From NCBI RefSeq assembly GCF_009914755.1, contig NC_060927.1: 64,000 nucleotides of DNA; one strand, 5' to 3'. Below, piece by piece: positions 61,135 to 64,000 of the stretch. Within the stretch, counting starts at the first letter, position 1. Every line of letters begins with the position of its first letter. The DNA comes from the human T2T-CHM13v2.0 reference genome, Homo sapiens. Both the position numbers and the translations under genes were made by a program. Below the pieces are notes generated by a model, which had not been told where the DNA came from, did no database searches, and saw only the letters and a list, made by a program, of their open reading frames with translations.

Positions 61135-61845
61135 TGTCCTAGTCAGCTCAAGATGCCATAACAAAATATTATACCACAAGCTGGATGGTTTAAACAACAC
61201 ACATTATTTCTCATAATTCTGTAGGCTATCAATACAGATCCATTTGCCAGTAGATTCAGTTCTTTTTTTTATTTTATTTTTATCTTTTTTATTTTTTGAG
61301 ATGGAGTCTCGCTCTGTCACCCAGGCTGGAGTGCAGTGGCACAGTCTCGGCTCACTGCAAGCTCCGCCTCCCGGTTTCACGCCGTTCTCCTGCCTCAGCC
61401 TCCTGAGCAGCTGGACTACAGCCGCCCGCCACCGGTCGGCTAATTTTTTGTATTTTTAGTAGAGATGGGGTTTCACTGTGTTAGCCAGGATGGTCTCGAT
61501 CTCCTGACCTCTTGATCCGCCCGCCTCGGCCTCCCAAAGTGCTGGGATTAGAGGAGTGAGCCACCACGCCCGGCCAGATTCAGTTCTTCAGGGCTCTATC
61601 TTGGCTTGCATATAGCTGCCTTCTCTCTTTCTTCTTTCTTCAATGCATGCATGAAGAGAAACAGAGGTCTCTTTTGTCTCTTCCCATTGTCACGAGGCCA
61701 GCAGTCCTATGAAACTAAGGTTTCACCCTTATGACCTCGCTTAATCTTTATTACCTCCTTATAGGCCTTATGTCCAAAGACAATCACATTGCAGCTTAAG
61801 GCTTCAATATATAAACTATGGGGAAACATAATTCAATCAATAACA
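61135..61845 (-). mobile_element. MLT1A-like MaLR LTR interrupted by an AluY
   Basis: tgccataacaaaata...tttaaacaaca...cacccttatgacctc...aattcaatcaataaca. Confidence 0.8.
61265..61575 (-). mobile_element. AluY
   Basis: caagctccgcctcccgg..ttcacgccgttctcc diagnostic; many CpGs retained. Perfect 13-bp TSD agattcagttctt. Confidence 0.95.
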
Positions 61846-62209
61846 CTGATCTACACTAAATCTAGAGGAAATTTCTTCCTTTAAAATACTTAGCACCCTT
61901 CTTTTACCACCCAGATTAATGGAGGAAAAATTTACCTTTTTATTTTTCTCAATATCACAATTCTTGTATACATGTTTCCCCAATCCAGAAAATTTAATTT
62001 TATTGAAACTCATTAGTATACCTTCTAGAGATTTAATATCACTATCAATTTGTGTGTGTGGTGAGAAAATTTAAGATCTACCCTCTTAAGAATCTTTAAT
62101 TATATACTATGTTATTATTATTAACAGTCTGTCCCCATGCTGTGCAGTAGATCTCCAGAAATTTTTCTCCTTTCTAATTGAAACTTTGTACCCTTTGGCC
62201 AACATCTTC

Positions 62210-63528
62210 TGATACCAGTGGGCTGGGGGAGGTCTCCAAATACCAGTGGGACCTCAACCCCAACTGGTGTCCAGACTTTTGACACCATCATGAGAAGGAA
62301 GTCAGGATGAGTCAGAAAATGTGAAATTATGGAGATTTATTGCAGTGAAAACCACACACTCAAGGAAGGGAGTACAAGCCTACTTAAAACAGTCATGGCC
62401 AAGGGATTTTGGGGCCTTTATGGGCTTCTTTAATCAAGGAGTGAAATATTCATGAAAATTTCTGGAAAAAGGTGGTTTCTCAGAACTATGGTGCCACCCA
62501 TTTTTACACCAAATATTATTGTTCCTGAAACTGTCATGGCGCTGCTAGGTGTGTGATTTAATATGTTAATGAGCATATAATAAGGTCCTAGGCGAAACAT
62601 AGGTCAAATCTAGCACCAAAGTTGTCTAAGCAGGCTTTGAAACTGCCTTTGCAAAAACCGTAACTGAGAAAAGTATTACAGTGAAAGACATCTGACCTAA
62701 CTGACTCCATCTTGCTAGTAACACCTGCATCCTGTCCTTGCCTATTCCTAGGTGTAAGTCAAACTAACTTCGGGAGGAACTTAGTTTATATTAATAGTTT
62801 ATAGTTTGAAACAAAGACAATAACAGAGCTTTCCGAAAACAAGCCCCCTTCTTGCCTGAGGACTAGACTTCCTTTGTAGGACTAACAAATTAGCCAAAAG
62901 ATGAGAAATTATGGTTTAGGAGTCATACAGCTCGAGGCCACAAGATTCTGATCCTCCCCAGATTGCTCCTGGGGATAACATCACTATTGTAAAACCTAAG
63001 ATCACTGCTTGAGATATTTTGTAGACCCTGCACTTGATGAACCAGTTGGCAACACCCAGATCCATAAACTAGCTCATCAGATCTTGTGGCCCCCAACCCG
63101 AAACTGACTCAGTACAAGAGGACAGCTTCAACTCCCTATGATTTCATCTCCTAACCAACTCATCAGTATTCTCAACTCACTGCCCCCCCAATCCCACCAA
63201 ATTATCCTTCAACACTCCGATCCCTGAATGAATGGGGAGACTGATTTAAATAATAATAAAAACTCCTGTCTCCTCCACGCACAGTCAGATCTGTGTGCAT
63301 TACTCTTTCTCTATCGCGATTGCCCTGTCTTGAAGAATCGACACTGTCTAGGCAGTGGGCAGGGTGAACCCACTGGGGAGTTACAACTTGGTCCACATGT
63401 TGTTTCTCAGGGTCTTATCAGCGCATAGCCTCTGCAACTATTTCAATAGTTTCCTTTTGCTAGTCATGTGAAATTGCTGCCTGGAATGTTCTATTTTCCT
63501 GAAATCACCCTCTATCATTCAGGTCTCA
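62210..63528 (-). mobile_element. MER66-like ERV1 LTR split by LTR8
   Basis: tgataccagtgg...gaaatattcatgaaa...ggtgccacccatttttacacc...cagggtcttatcagc...ggtctca. Confidence 0.65.
62638..63385 (+). mobile_element. LTR8-family solo LTR
   Basis: tgaaactgcctttgcaaaa...gactccatcttgc...aataataaaaactcc...gaacccactggggagttaca. 4-bp flanks GCTT/ACTT. Confidence 0.88.
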
Positions 63529-64000
63529 CTCACTCCCTTCCCCCAACTTCAGACCCTGAAAACCACCATTCTACTCTATGATTCTATTTGTTGCACTTTT
63601 AGATACTATGTATTAGTGAGGTAATGTGGTAATGCAATATTTGTCTTTCTCTGCATGGCTTATTTCACTTAATATAATGTCCTCTAGGTTCATTCATGTG
63701 GTAACAAATGACAGGATTTCTTTCTTTTTTTAAGTCTGAATAGTATTCTAGCGAATATGCACACTCATTATTTTACTTTGGATCTATACCTGGAAGTGAG
63801 ATTGCTAGATTCTAAGGTAATTCTATTTTTAATTTTGGAGGAGCATCTAGTCAGCAAGATGATTGTCAGAAGTTGTCATTTTCTTCAGCTTCCATCTAAC
63901 TTTCTTTTTTCAGTAGCTGAGACAGAATGGTTTTCCATAATGGCTGTACTTACTTACATTCCCACCGACAGTGCACAAGAGTTCCCTTTTCTCCATATCA

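Larger units (their letters stand above)
62050..64000 (-). mobile_element. L1MA-type 3' end hosting nested LTRs; runs off the window
   Basis: tggtgagaaaatttaagatctaccctctta...aacatcttc, then resumes after 63528 with ccctgaaaaccaccattctactct. Confidence 0.85.

Overview
This is AT-rich primate (human-like) non-coding DNA, and most of it is recognisable transposable-element sequence. It contains no intact protein-coding gene, RNA gene or CRISPR-like system. The ORF track is explained by L1, Alu and LTR remnants plus chance ORFs. Main content: two L1PA elements on the minus strand (5869-9873, which keeps its 5' end but has a ~2.5 kb in-frame ORF2 deletion; 25752-31356, 5'-truncated with a TSD); several older L1M elements, also on the minus strand; a two-LTR non-coding MER4-family provirus (16735-22780); about 11 solo or partial LTRs; and 8 Alus. 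The most interesting unexplained signals are: (i) a series of splice-site-bounded, coding-like but stop-disrupted segments on the minus strand (47454-47307, 38476-37935, 3952-3449, 907-774) that may be a decayed multi-exon gene; (ii) a 319-bp tailless insertion of unrecognised sequence between perfect 15-bp target-site duplications; (iii) the in-frame EN/RT-deleted L1; and (iv) locally amplified AP-1 motifs and template-switch scars. Repeat subfamily names were assigned by eye from remembered consensus features, and boundaries of old elements are approximate.
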